This document shows positions 20,745 through 31,268 of a DNA stretch of 64,000 bases, piece after piece. The DNA comes from Roseivirga sp. GTDB taxonomy: Bacteria > Bacteroidota > Bacteroidia > Cytophagales > Cyclobacteriaceae. The stretch covers positions 74,643-138,642 of the forward strand of contig NZ_JAGDZM010000009.1 in NCBI RefSeq assembly GCF_049099775.1. Direction: 5' to 3'. Position numbers and translations under genes: made by a program. Under the pieces are notes generated by a model that was not told the origin of the DNA, did no database searches, and saw only the letters and a list, made by a program, of their open reading frames with translations. Every line of letters starts with the position of its first letter. The first letter of the stretch is position 1.

Positions 20745-21750
20745 GAAAATACTCATTATACGGTTTTCGTCAATTGGAGACATTGTTTTGACTACTCCCG
20801 TGATACGGGTTATTAAAAGTCAATTAGACGATGTTGAAGTTCACTACTGTACCAAAAAACAATACCATAGCATTTTAGAGGCCAACCCGTACATAGACAA
20901 ATTTCATTTTCTGGGAGAAGATCTCAATGCGCTGGCGAAAGCATTAAAAGCAGAACAATTCGACTTTGTGGTAGACCTCCACAACAACCTGAGAACAAGA
21001 ATTTTAAAGTCAAAGTTGGGCACTGAAAGCCAGGCGTTTCCAAAATTAAATTGGGAAAAATGGCTTATCGTCAACCTCAAAGTTGACAAGCTTCCTAATA
21101 TTCATATTGTAGATCGGTATTTGGAAGCTGCCAAGCCTTTGGGGGTTAAAAAGGATTTATTAGGACTAGATTATTTCATTCCCGAAAAGGATGAAATTGA
21201 AGACGATTGGCTACCTAAAACTCATCAGAAAAACTTTGTCGCCTTTGCGATAGGAGGGCAACATGAGACAAAAAAACTTCCTTTAGATAGAATGATTGAG
21301 TTGTGTGATAAAATCAACAAACCGATCATATTGCTAGGTGGTAAGGAAGATGCCGAGAATGGCGCTAAAATCGAAGCTTTTTTTGATCGCGAGGGCGAAA
21401 CGGAAGAAAACCGAGAGTCATTAGAAGCGCTTGGCAAGAACGCGGAAATTTATAATGCCTGCGGAAAATTTAACATCAATCAATCTGCCTCAATAATTAA
21501 GAAGGCCTCTTATGTTTTTACGCATGACACTGGCATGATGCACATTGCGGCAGCAATGAATAAAAACATTTTCTCTATTTGGGGCAATACCATTCCAGAA
21601 TTTGGCATGTACCCATATCAAACCAAGTTTACGCTGTTAGAAAATAAGAAACTCTCTTGCAGACCTTGTTCCAAAATTGGCTATGATAAATGCCCTAAAG
21701 GGCACTTTAAATGTATGAACGACATCATTTTTGATTTTTGGTTGCCATGA
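20737..21750 (+). CDS. Glycosyltransferase family 9 (LPS heptosyltransferase-like)
   Basis: IIRFSSIGDIVLTTP, DLHNNLR, THDTGMMHIAAA, CRPCSKIG; start moved to 20737. Confidence 0.9.
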   Translation: MPKKILIIRFSSIGDIVLTTPVIRVIKSQLDDVEVHYCTKKQYHSILEANPYIDKFHFLGEDLNALAKALKAEQFDFVVDLHNNLRTRILKSKLGTESQAFPKLNWEKWLIVNLKVDKLPNIHIVDRYLEAAKPLGVKKDLLGLDYFIPEKDEIEDDWLPKTHQKNFVAFAIGGQHETKKLPLDRMIELCDKINKPIILLGGKEDAENGAKIEAFFDREGETEENRESLEALGKNAEIYNACGKFNINQSASIIKKASYVFTHDTGMMHIAAAMNKNIFSIWGNTIPEFGMYPYQTKFTLLENKKLSCRPCSKIGYDKCPKGHFKCMNDIIFDFWLP

Positions 21751-22016
21751 AACACAAGAGACTCCAACTCATATCTTTCATACTCCTTATCCTTTCCGCA
21801 CTTACTGAATTAAGTGAGAGTCAGGGATGGGTAACTTATCAAAACCCAGATTTTGTATTTGGGCTGTCGCTTGGCTTTATACTTGTATCACTCTCTTTCA
21901 ACATCAAAGTAATTCGGGCGATGGGTATTCCTGAAAAGGACTTGAAACAAAGTAGAAGACTCGCCTTTATTACCGCAGTTTATGCATTTCTAGTCTTTGC
22001 CCTTGAGCTGTTTTAA
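21747..22016 (+). CDS. Small membrane protein (3 TM)
   Basis: ATGA overlap with GT9 stop; hydrophobic. Confidence 0.6.
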   Translation: MKHKRLQLISFILLILSALTELSESQGWVTYQNPDFVFGLSLGFILVSLSFNIKVIRAMGIPEKDLKQSRRLAFITAVYAFLVFALELF

Positions 22017-22954
22017 CGCTTCGATTTCAGATACTTCTTTTTCTGTTTTCGAGACATGTCTTGAGTGATTAATTCATCATTCAAAACAGCGGTATAGGTA
22101 TAGTTACTTTGTAGCTCCTTTACACCTTCTTTTGCCGTACTGAACTTTGGTTTTAAGTAGTGATGTGAATACCACTCATTAGATCTTAATGCTTTTGTAT
22201 ATGTAAATTTCAAATAGCGCACGCTAAACCTAAAATTAGGACCCATTTGATAATTTTCTCCAGTGAACAATGCCAATGGGTCACCCGCTAAAACCTCATC
22301 TCCTTCTTTAACCTGAGCAGAATTTATTTTGAAAACTTCATATCGCGCTATCGTGCCATCCGCATGCTTAATGTGCATGTAGTTCTTAACATTTGAGAAG
22401 ACCACGTTTTCACCTTCCGTCTCTTGATCTTGAACAATTTTTTGGACGACTCCTCCACGAGCTGCATGGATAGTATCACCTTCATTGCCCAAAAATGCCA
22501 ACCCATAAAAAACATTCTCTGCCGAAGAGCCACCAAAAGATAAACGCGCATCCGTTAATTTTCGAACTGAAACTTCATTGCCGGCCGAAACAGGTAGCAC
22601 ATAGTCTACATATTTAATATCTGGATTTGCAACGCCTGGGTATACATAATACTGGTATTGAAAAGTACCTTCACTCGTTAATTCATCCCTTTTCATTTCA
22701 AAGATTTTACTTCTACCAGGCTCAACATTGACTGCTGGAGGGATGCCTAGCGAAGGAGTATAACCGACAAGGTCCATAAATACAACTACAACATGCTGAT
22801 CTGTACCAGTGGGGTTGTTGGCATAAATATTATAGTCCTCAGGATTATGCCTATCCTGCTCTCTACTAAGCCTAACCCTAGACTGGGCGTCTACTGTTGT
22901 AGTGCCTAGAGAAACCAAAAGACTAAGAACAAGAACATTAAAAAGTATCTTCAT
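22013..22954 (-). CDS. M23 family peptidase-like secreted protein
   Basis: IHAARGGVV, NYMHIKHADG, VKEGDEV; zinc ligands look degenerate; start taken at MKILF. Confidence 0.7.
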   Translation of the reverse strand: MKILFNVLVLSLLVSLGTTTVDAQSRVRLSREQDRHNPEDYNIYANNPTGTDQHVVVVFMDLVGYTPSLGIPPAVNVEPGRSKIFEMKRDELTSEGTFQYQYYVYPGVANPDIKYVDYVLPVSAGNEVSVRKLTDARLSFGGSSAENVFYGLAFLGNEGDTIHAARGGVVQKIVQDQETEGENVVFSNVKNYMHIKHADGTIARYEVFKINSAQVKEGDEVLAGDPLALFTGENYQMGPNFRFSVRYLKFTYTKALRSNEWYSHHYLKPKFSTAKEGVKELQSNYTYTAVLNDELITQDMSRKQKKKYLKSKR

Positions 22955-23034
22955 TAGTGTGGGTTTTATCGTTCTTGAAAATACATAAATAACCTTATAA
23001 GACAATATTTAATAGTTTTATTTATTAAATATTG

Positions 23035-24369
23035 TTACACCGAAACAAGATCTTTGGTTTTCACATTCCATTTATCAAAATCGAACTGTTGCATGGCTTG
23101 AGACATTTGCTCTTGTATTTCAGATAAATTCAATTGTCCTATACTTCCTTCATGGCTATGATTCACCTGCTTTTCAGGGTTAAAGTCATCGTTTTCAATG
23201 GCCAGGCCTATTTGCTTATATGCGTCTCGAAATGGCACGCCGTTTAGTACCAATTTGTTCGTTTCCTCAACGCTAAATAGGTATTTATACTTTTCCTTTT
23301 CGACCAGATCCGTACTGATTGCTACTTTTTGAAGCATGAAATCACACATAAATAAGCAGTCTTTCAAATCTTGAATCGCCGGAAAAAGTACCTCTTTAAT
23401 CAATTGCATCTCTCGGTGATACCCTACCGGTAAATTGGCTGTAACCAGAGCAATGTCATTAGGTAAAGCTTGTATTCGATTACACTTACCGCGCATTAGC
23501 TCAAAGACATCCGGGTTCTTCTTGTGCGGCATAATGCTAGAGCCTGTCGTGAGTTCATCTGGGAAGGAAAGAAACCCAAAATCTTGCCCCATATATAGGC
23601 ATACGTCCATAGCAAATTTGGCGAGCGAAGTCGCAATAGCAGCCATACCAGTTGCTAAAGATTTTTCAGCCTTGCCACGTCCCATCATGGCATAAACAAC
23701 ATTATAATTCAAATCGTCAAAACCGAGTAAATCAGTCGTCAATCGACGGTTTAAAGGAAATGATGAGCCGTATCCAGCCCCTGAACCAAGCGGGTTCTTA
23801 TTCACGATTTTATAAGCCGCATATAGCATATGTAAATCGTCGACCAAGCTTTCGGCGTAAGCACCAAACCATAAACCAAAGGATGAAGGCATAGCCACTT
23901 GCATATGAGTATAGCCTGGCATAAGGGCTTCCTTATGTTCATCGCTCAGTGAAATCAATCGATCGAAAAGGGTAGAAACGCCATCAGTTATCTCCTGAAT
24001 TTCTTGCCGCATAAAAAGCTTCAAGTCCACTAAAACTTGATCATTTCGAGATCGGCCACTGTGTATCTTCTTGCCAACATCGCCCAAACGATCGGTCAGT
24101 AAAAGCTCAATTTGAGAGTGTATATCTTCCACGCCTGCCTGAATCTCAAAATCGCCACTCATAATATCCCGATAGATAGCCTTCAATTCTTTATGAATAA
24201 GAACTTTCTCTTCTTTTTCCAGTAAATCGATAGAAGCCAACATTTCCGTATGAGCCAGCGAACCTAATACATCATATGGGGCCAATTGTATATCAAATTC
24301 TAAATCGCGACCAACCGTATAGCGTTCCACAATTTCAGATACGTTCGTTTCTTTTTGCCAGAGTTTCAT
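23035..24369 (-). CDS. argH: Argininosuccinate lyase
   Basis: HSGRSRNDQV, PGYTHMQ, GSSIMPHKKNPD. Confidence 0.97.
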   Translation of the reverse strand: MKLWQKETNVSEIVERYTVGRDLEFDIQLAPYDVLGSLAHTEMLASIDLLEKEEKVLIHKELKAIYRDIMSGDFEIQAGVEDIHSQIELLLTDRLGDVGKKIHSGRSRNDQVLVDLKLFMRQEIQEITDGVSTLFDRLISLSDEHKEALMPGYTHMQVAMPSSFGLWFGAYAESLVDDLHMLYAAYKIVNKNPLGSGAGYGSSFPLNRRLTTDLLGFDDLNYNVVYAMMGRGKAEKSLATGMAAIATSLAKFAMDVCLYMGQDFGFLSFPDELTTGSSIMPHKKNPDVFELMRGKCNRIQALPNDIALVTANLPVGYHREMQLIKEVLFPAIQDLKDCLFMCDFMLQKVAISTDLVEKEKYKYLFSVEETNKLVLNGVPFRDAYKQIGLAIENDDFNPEKQVNHSHEGSIGQLNLSEIQEQMSQAMQQFDFDKWNVKTKDLVSV

Positions 24370-24414
24370 AGTGCGTTTTAAGTAGTTTTTCTTCGATTTG
24401 GGATAATGGAAATG

Positions 24415-25476
24415 CTATAGCATTTTTTCAAGCAGCTGGATATAATCTTTAATGCCATTTTCAATTTCTGATATATAAATATACTCATCGGCAGCGTGTG
24501 ATCTTGCAGAATCGCCAGGACCCATTTTTAAAGATGGAAAGGGCATTAAAGCCTGATCGGAAAGTGTTGGCGACCCATAGGTTTCTTTGCCTAATTCAAG
24601 ACCTGCTTTCACAATTGGGTGATCTTTTGGTATACCTGATGGATTCAAACGGGTGGATCGAGCCGTTACTTGGCAGTTTACATGAGCCTGAATAATTTGA
24701 AGTGTTTCTTGATTGGAATGAGCATCGGTCGTTCGAACGTCCACCACAAATTTGCATTCATCAGGCACTACATTGTGTTGCTCACCTGCTTCAATCACGG
24801 TTACGCTCATTTTAATAGGCCCTAATGATTCGGACACTTTTTCAAATGCATAATTTTTAAACCAATGAATATCTTCCAACGCCTTATAAATGGCATTTTC
24901 ACCTTCATTTCTGGCGGCATGCCCTGATTTTCCCTTGGCCACACAGTCCAACACCATCAACCCCTTTTCAGCAATGGCCAAATTCATTTGTGTGGGTTCT
25001 CCAACTATCGCAAAATCAATCGCCGGTAAATGGGGCACAAGATTTTCCATTCCTCCTTTTCCTGAAATTTCTTCCTCGGCCGAAGCGGCCAATACCAAAT
25101 TGAAGGTTAAATTTTCTTGTGAATAAAAATGTAGAAAAGTGGCGATTAAAGACACCAAACATCCCCCAGCATCATTACTTCCTAAGCCATAGAGTTTTCC
25201 ATTGTCAGTTTTAGCATCAAACGGATCATTTGTGTAGCCGGCATTGGGTTTTACTGTATCATGATGCGAATTCAAAAGAATGGTTTGCTTTGCGGATTCG
25301 AAGTGTAAGTTCTTAGCCCAAACATTATTGCCAATTCGGCTCGTCTCTACTCCATTTCGTTGTAAGAATTGAGCAATTTCATTAGCCGTCACCTTTTCTT
25401 CCTTACTGAAGGAAGGTGTTTGTATCAGTTTCTTCAGCAATTCAATTGCATCGGATGTTAACGCCTCTATACTCAT
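24415..25476 (-). CDS. argE: M20 deacylase (ArgE-like; probably N-succinylcitrulline/acetylornithine deacylase)
   Basis: NSHHDTV, GLGSNDAGG, SAEEE, VGEPT, SHAADE; inside arg operon. Confidence 0.85.
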   Translation of the reverse strand: MSIEALTSDAIELLKKLIQTPSFSKEEKVTANEIAQFLQRNGVETSRIGNNVWAKNLHFESAKQTILLNSHHDTVKPNAGYTNDPFDAKTDNGKLYGLGSNDAGGCLVSLIATFLHFYSQENLTFNLVLAASAEEEISGKGGMENLVPHLPAIDFAIVGEPTQMNLAIAEKGLMVLDCVAKGKSGHAARNEGENAIYKALEDIHWFKNYAFEKVSESLGPIKMSVTVIEAGEQHNVVPDECKFVVDVRTTDAHSNQETLQIIQAHVNCQVTARSTRLNPSGIPKDHPIVKAGLELGKETYGSPTLSDQALMPFPSLKMGPGDSARSHAADEYIYISEIENGIKDYIQLLEKML

Positions 25477-26264
25477 TAACTTAGTGTAATTTTTGTGCCT
25501 GACTTTCCTTTTACTAACGTTTGAACAGATTGAAAAGAACCAATCTTTACAGTATCTACTCCACCTTTTATAGCATCGAAAGCATTATCCATTTTCGGGA
25601 TCATACCCGCCTGAATAACCCCCTCAGTTTTTAACTTATCGTACTGATCGTATGTTATTGTCGCTATAACTTTATTCTTCGCAAAATCTTCTAAGACACC
25701 ATCCTGTTCGAAACAGTAGATCAAGTTAACACGAAATTTTTCTGTCATGGCCGTTGCTAGTACACTCGCAATTGTATCAGCATTTGTATTGAGTAAGTTG
25801 CCATTGCCATCATGCGTAAGTGGGCACAAAACTGGAACCAAACCTGCATCGATAAAATTCGATATCATAGCAGTGTTAACGTCAGTTCTTGACACATCTC
25901 CCACATATCCATAATCTATCGCGCTTACTTGTCTTTTATTGGCCGAAATCACATTCGCATCGGCACCCGTTAAACCTATCGCATTTTCGCCTCTTTCTTG
26001 CAGTTGTGCTACAATATTCTTATTGACTAACCCACCATAAACCATGGTTACTAGCTCTAAAGTAGGTTTATCGGTAATTCTTCTTCCATTTATGAGTTGA
26101 GGCGTTATTCCTAATCGATTTCCAAAATCAGAGGCGATTTTTCCACCACCATGAACGAGTATTTTCGCACCGGAAACCTCCACAAACGAATCTAGAAAAC
26201 GCTTAAGTGCTTCCGGATCATCGATGACTTTTCCGCCAACTTTTATAACTGTTAATTCCTTCAT
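25476..26264 (-). CDS. argB: Acyl-glutamate kinase
   Basis: VIKVGG, VHGGGK, GRRITD, LNTNADT, GMIPK. Confidence 0.95.
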   Translation of the reverse strand: MKELTVIKVGGKVIDDPEALKRFLDSFVEVSGAKILVHGGGKIASDFGNRLGITPQLINGRRITDKPTLELVTMVYGGLVNKNIVAQLQERGENAIGLTGADANVISANKRQVSAIDYGYVGDVSRTDVNTAMISNFIDAGLVPVLCPLTHDGNGNLLNTNADTIASVLATAMTEKFRVNLIYCFEQDGVLEDFAKNKVIATITYDQYDKLKTEGVIQAGMIPKMDNAFDAIKGGVDTVKIGSFQSVQTLVKGKSGTKITLS

Positions 26265-27202
26265 TTCAACAACTCATTTAAAACAGACTGAGCAGCATAA
26301 ACCCGGTTTTCGGCTTGGTCCAAATGGATTGCATTAGCACTGTCGAGCACTTCATCCTTAATCACCAAGCCTCGTCTTACGGGCAAGCAATGCATTACTT
26401 TTGCATTGTTAGTAAGTGCCAACTGATCATTCCCAAAACTCCAACTTTCATCTTGAGAAAGCACTTGCCCATATGCCTCATAGGCCGACCAATTCTTAAC
26501 ATAGACAAAGTCAGCACCTGCAAGTCCAGCTGCTTGATCATGATAAACTGAAACTCCTTCACGGAACTCTGGGGCTAAATTGTAGCCTTCTGGATTTGTG
26601 ATTGAAAAATCTACGTCTGCATGCATCATCCATTCAGCGAATGAATTCGGCACTGCCTGGGGAAGCGCCTTTATATGCGGTGCCCAAGTCAAGACGACTT
26701 TTGGTTTCCGATCCTTTGTCCAATGTTCTTTGATCGTCATCAAATCGGCCAAACTTTGCAGGGGATGTCTCGTTCCGCTCTCTAAACTCAACACAGGAAT
26801 TCCTGCATGCTTTAAAAATGACTGTAGTAAGGTTTCTGAATAGTCGGTTGCTTTATCGGTGAGACTAGGAAATGTACGAACACCTAATACGTCAAAGTAT
26901 CGACCCATAACGGCAGCTGCTTCACGAATATGCTCTGCCTTGTCACCGTTCATGATTTTTCCATCTTCGAATTCCAAAGCCCATCCGTCTTTCCCGATGT
27001 CAAGTACAATGGCCTCTGCCCCTAAATTTTGTGCCGCCACTTGGGTACTTAATCTTGTTCTAAGGCTCGGATTCAGAAATACTAAGCCCACTTTCTTTCC
27101 TTTTCTCAATTCAGGTTGGAAAGCATTTGCCTTGAAGGAAATGGCTTGTTCAACTAATTGGTTGACATCATTAACATCCGCTATGCTGGTAAAATGCTTC
27201 AT
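26261..27202 (-). CDS. argF: N-succinyl/N-acetyl-ornithine transcarbamylase (ArgF')
   Basis: SLRTR rather than STRT, HPLQSLAD, LTWAPH, HCLPVRR. Confidence 0.9.
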   Translation of the reverse strand: MKHFTSIADVNDVNQLVEQAISFKANAFQPELRKGKKVGLVFLNPSLRTRLSTQVAAQNLGAEAIVLDIGKDGWALEFEDGKIMNGDKAEHIREAAAVMGRYFDVLGVRTFPSLTDKATDYSETLLQSFLKHAGIPVLSLESGTRHPLQSLADLMTIKEHWTKDRKPKVVLTWAPHIKALPQAVPNSFAEWMMHADVDFSITNPEGYNLAPEFREGVSVYHDQAAGLAGADFVYVKNWSAYEAYGQVLSQDESWSFGNDQLALTNNAKVMHCLPVRRGLVIKDEVLDSANAIHLDQAENRVYAAQSVLNELLK

Positions 27203-28320
27203 ATCTCTTTTTTCAATGCGTCGAAAAATTGATCAAGTTCTGACTGGCTCACAGCGAGAGAAGGCAATAAACGCAGCGTTTGTTTGTCTGCAGCGGCACC
27301 GGTAAAAATATGGTGATCGAATAAAAGCTTCTTTCTGAGTTCGGCAATCGGAAAATCAAATGCCGCACCGACCATTAGGCCTTTACCTCTGATTTCTTTC
27401 ACCCCAGAAATAGATTTCAATTGCTCTACTATATAGTCACCCATCACTGAAGCATTTTTCATTAAGGCTTCTTTTGAAAGTACGTCTAAAACGGCCAGCG
27501 ACGCAGCACAAGCCAAGTGGTTCCCTCCAAAAGTAGTCCCTAACATGCCATGCCATGGTTCTAATTTGGGATTAATGAGTACACTGGCTACGGGAAAACC
27601 ATTCCCCATTCCTTTGGCTAGGGTAATAATATCAGGACGGATATTCGAGTATTGGTGCGCAAAAAACTTTCCTGTACGTCCTGCACCGGATTGGACTTCA
27701 TCTACTATAAAAACAGCTTCAAATTTTTCACACAGATCCTGTGCCTTTTGAAGAAACTGATTAGTTGCCTCAAAGAGACCTGCAACTCCTTGAATCGGTT
27801 CTATAATAAAACCAGCTACCTCCTCATCGAAGGCCAATTCAAGGGCATCGCAATCATTCATCGGCACAAACTCTACCTGATGATCGGCATTAAAAGGCGC
27901 TACTATTTTGGGATTATGTGTAGCGGCAACTGCACCTGAAGTTCGTCCATGAAAGGCATTTTCAACTGCAATAATCTTTTTTCTACCCGTATGGAAAGAG
28001 GCAAGTTTTAAAGCGTTTTCGTTGGCTTCAGCGCCCGTACTACATAAGAACAGTTTGTAGTCATAGTAGCCAGAAATCTTCCCAAGCTTCAAGGCCAATT
28101 CTCCTTGCAGACTATTTTGAACCGCGTTAGAATAGAAACCAATTTTTGTGAGTTGGTCAGAAATATTCTTCACATAAGTAGGATGGCTATGCCCAATTGA
28201 AATAACAGCATGACCACCATAAAGGTCTAAATATTCAGTTCCTTTTTTATCCCATAGCTTTGATCCTAAGGCTTTTACAGGTTCAATAGGGTAAAGCGGA
28301 TATACGTCGAACATTTCCAT
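27199..28320 (-). CDS. argD: Acyl-ornithine aminotransferase
   Basis: YLDLYGG, FHGRT, EPIQG, DEVQSG, LAKGMGNG. Confidence 0.93.
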   Translation of the reverse strand: MEMFDVYPLYPIEPVKALGSKLWDKKGTEYLDLYGGHAVISIGHSHPTYVKNISDQLTKIGFYSNAVQNSLQGELALKLGKISGYYDYKLFLCSTGAEANENALKLASFHTGRKKIIAVENAFHGRTSGAVAATHNPKIVAPFNADHQVEFVPMNDCDALELAFDEEVAGFIIEPIQGVAGLFEATNQFLQKAQDLCEKFEAVFIVDEVQSGAGRTGKFFAHQYSNIRPDIITLAKGMGNGFPVASVLINPKLEPWHGMLGTTFGGNHLACAASLAVLDVLSKEALMKNASVMGDYIVEQLKSISGVKEIRGKGLMVGAAFDFPIAELRKKLLFDHHIFTGAAADKQTLRLLPSLAVSQSELDQFFDALKKEI

Positions 28321-29273
28321 TAGAAAGCCCCTCCTTTTAATTTTAGCCCAGTCGTTTCTTCAAGACCATGCATCAAGTTCATGTTTTGAACAGCTTGTCC
28401 AGAAGCACCCTTCAATAAATTATCGATTACGGTCTGTACCATTAAATAGCCATTATGCATGGTAATGTTGACGAAACACTTATTCGTGTTCACAACTTGT
28501 TTCACATCTACAGGTTGCTGACTTACGCTTACAAATGGGTGCTCTTGGTAATATTCTTTATATACCCTGATGGCTTCTTCTAAAGGCCATTCGCAATATT
28601 GATAGGCAGTTACGAGAATCCCTCGGGTGAAATTGCCTCGATATGGAATAAAGTTCAGCGGCTGATCGAACCAAGGTTGATATTGCATCAGGCTCCTTGT
28701 GACTTCTGCCATATGCTGATGATCGAATGCTTTATAGCTAGAAACATTGCTATCGCGCCAGCTAAAATGTGTTGTTTTAGAGGGCTGAAACCCTGCACCG
28801 GTCGATCCGGTAATTCCGGAAATATGAACTTCTTTTAACGCGCCGTTATGTGCCATTGGTAATAGGGCTAATTGAATTGCCGTAGCAAAACAACCTGGAT
28901 TGGCTACAAAATTAGCCGACCGGATGGCTTCTTTGTTTAATTCTGGTAGCCCATACACCTTTTCGGTGTCCATCCGAAAATCTTGACTCAAATCGATGAT
29001 TTTAACGTGCTCAGGTAGCGAATGCTGACTTATAAACTCCGAAGACGCACCATGCCCCATACATAAGAAAAGTACTTCCACATTAAAATTCATTTCATCG
29101 GTAAAGCCGATTTCTGTTTCGCCGAGAAGATCAGCGTGAACTGTATGAAGTGGTTCTCCCGCTTGGCTTCTACTTTGAACGAAAATTATTTCTGCTGATG
29201 GATGGTTTAGCAACAGACGAATCAGTTCGCCACCTGTATAACCCGCGCCACCAACTATTCCTACTTTAATCAT
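28320..29273 (-). CDS. argC: N-acyl-gamma-glutamyl-phosphate reductase
   Basis: GGAGYTG, NPGCF, DNLLKGASGQAVQN. Confidence 0.96.
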   Translation of the reverse strand: MIKVGIVGGAGYTGGELIRLLLNHPSAEIIFVQSRSQAGEPLHTVHADLLGETEIGFTDEMNFNVEVLFLCMGHGASSEFISQHSLPEHVKIIDLSQDFRMDTEKVYGLPELNKEAIRSANFVANPGCFATAIQLALLPMAHNGALKEVHISGITGSTGAGFQPSKTTHFSWRDSNVSSYKAFDHQHMAEVTRSLMQYQPWFDQPLNFIPYRGNFTRGILVTAYQYCEWPLEEAIRVYKEYYQEHPFVSVSQQPVDVKQVVNTNKCFVNITMHNGYLMVQTVIDNLLKGASGQAVQNMNLMHGLEETTGLKLKGGAF

Positions 29274-30466
29274 GATTCTGAGTTTACTTGGTGATAAATC
29301 GCATTTTGATTGCCAAAGATTTTTGCAAATCCCTTCACATCATCTCCAGACCAAGCCTTGTTCATTTCACCATAATGGCCAAACTTGGCAGACATTAAAT
29401 CATGATCAGATTCAATGCCATTGACTTGATATCGGTAGGGCAAGAGTGAAATAAAAACTTTACCCGTTACATGCTGCTGAGTATTTTCCATCATTGCTTC
29501 CATATCGCGCATTACCGGGTCCATAAACTGACCTTCGTGCAACCAATTGCCATAGAATGCAGCGATTTGATCCTTCCAATAAATCTGCCATTTGGTTAAA
29601 ACATGCTTTTCTAAGGCCTGATGAGCTTTAATAGTCAAAACAGCCGCTGCAGCTTCAAAACCTACGCGACCTTTTATTCCGATAATTGTATCACCAACAT
29701 GAATATCACGTCCAATGCCAAATGGACCTGCCAAGGCTTCTAAATATTGAATGGCCTCATGTGATTTCTCAAAAGGCTTATCATTAATAGACTTCAATTG
29801 TCCTTTTTTAAAGCCCAGTATTAATTCCTCCTGTTCTTCTTTTTTTACTTGTGTTGGGAAGGCACTTTCTGGTAAAAAGCCATTAGAAGTGAGCGTTTCT
29901 TTTCCTCCTACAGATGTTCCCCACAAACCTTTATTCACAGAATATGCTGCCTTTTCAAAATCCATCTCAACCCCTTTTTCCTTTAGGTATTCTATTTCCT
30001 CTTCTCTCGACAATTGTAAATCGCGAATTGGTGTAATGATTTCTGCCTCTGGAAGGAAGCTCTGGAAAATCATATCGAAACGCACTTGATCGTTTCCAGC
30101 ACCTGTGCTTCCATGTGCGATGTAATCTGCATTAAGTCCTTTAGCGTGTTTCGCTATGGCAATCGCTTGGCTTACTCTTTCAGCACTTACCGAAAGCGGA
30201 TAGGTACTGTTTTTTAAGATATTCCCATAAACCAGGTACTTTACTACACTTTGATAGTAGTTCTCGGTTTCTTCGATCGTTGTATGGGTTTTTACACCCA
30301 ATTCGTAGGCTCTTTTCTCCACCTCAACGAGTTCTTCACTTGTAAAACCACCTGTATTTACCAATACAGAATGTACATCTAAACCTTTCTCGTCTTTAAG
30401 ATATTTGACGCAGTAAGATGTATCTAGTCCGCCACTATATGCTAATACAACTTTCTTATTTTCCAT
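29270..30466 (-). CDS. argG: Argininosuccinate synthase
   Basis: AYSGGLDTS, HGSTGAGNDQVRF, GRVGFEA. Confidence 0.97.
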   Translation of the reverse strand: MENKKVVLAYSGGLDTSYCVKYLKDEKGLDVHSVLVNTGGFTSEELVEVEKRAYELGVKTHTTIEETENYYQSVVKYLVYGNILKNSTYPLSVSAERVSQAIAIAKHAKGLNADYIAHGSTGAGNDQVRFDMIFQSFLPEAEIITPIRDLQLSREEEIEYLKEKGVEMDFEKAAYSVNKGLWGTSVGGKETLTSNGFLPESAFPTQVKKEEQEELILGFKKGQLKSINDKPFEKSHEAIQYLEALAGPFGIGRDIHVGDTIIGIKGRVGFEAAAAVLTIKAHQALEKHVLTKWQIYWKDQIAAFYGNWLHEGQFMDPVMRDMEAMMENTQQHVTGKVFISLLPYRYQVNGIESDHDLMSAKFGHYGEMNKAWSGDDVKGFAKIFGNQNAIYHQVNSES

Positions 30467-31133
30467 TTTTATTCTTTTTAGCTTCTCGTTTGAGTAAGAC
30501 TGTTTTCTTAAATTTTAACCAGCGTTCGAAGAGTTTTAAGTCCTTATCGAGTTCTCTTCCTTTCCATTGCGTCCGTTTCGGTTTTTGATCTTTTTCCCAA
30601 GCTGGATTATACAGCATTGCTGTACAGATACAGTTTTGCCTTTTCTTAGCCGTAAGAATATCAAAGTTGATACAGCTTTGGCAACCTTTCCAAAATTCTT
30701 CGTCCTGGGTGAGCTCACCGTAGACAACTGGTTTATAGCCCAGTTCCGAATTAATCTTAAGCACCGCAGCACCCGTTGTTAAACCAAAGATTTTAGCCTC
30801 GGGGTACTTTTCGCCAGACAGATTAAATGTTGCCTCTTTAATTTTTTTGGCTAGCCCTTCTCCTCTGAATTTTTGGGATACGATTAGGCCTGAATTGGCA
30901 ACGAATTGACCGTGGCTCCAAACTTCGATGTAACAGAAACCTGCCCATTCGCCACTTTTCGTAGTCGCTATAATAGCCTTACCTTCCTCGATCTTCTTAG
31001 ATACATATTCAGGCGTTCGTTTCGCGATGCCCGTACCACGAACTTTGGCTGAATCAGCGATCTCTTGTACGATCTCTTGGGCATAGTTCACGTCGGAAGA
31101 ATCAGCAGCTCTTATGATAAAATTCTTTTTCAT
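30456..31133 (-). CDS. GNAT N-acyltransferase, first gene of arg operon (ArgA-like acyl-glutamate synthase)
   Basis: GFCYIE, NSGLIV, FRGEGLAK; Cys-rich tail CQSC...CICT; position in operon. Confidence 0.8.
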   Translation of the reverse strand: MKKNFIIRAADSSDVNYAQEIVQEIADSAKVRGTGIAKRTPEYVSKKIEEGKAIIATTKSGEWAGFCYIEVWSHGQFVANSGLIVSQKFRGEGLAKKIKEATFNLSGEKYPEAKIFGLTTGAAVLKINSELGYKPVVYGELTQDEEFWKGCQSCINFDILTAKKRQNCICTAMLYNPAWEKDQKPKRTQWKGRELDKDLKLFERWLKFKKTVLLKREAKKNKNGK

Positions 31134-31268
31134 TTTTATAAAAACCTCTCAACGCGACAATTAGAGAAACCAGTTTGACGCATCGAATGATGAGTTTGAG
31201 ATAATTGAAATAAATACAGTTTGAGGAATTGATGACCACCACATAGGCAGTCGGTATGATATCGAGGC

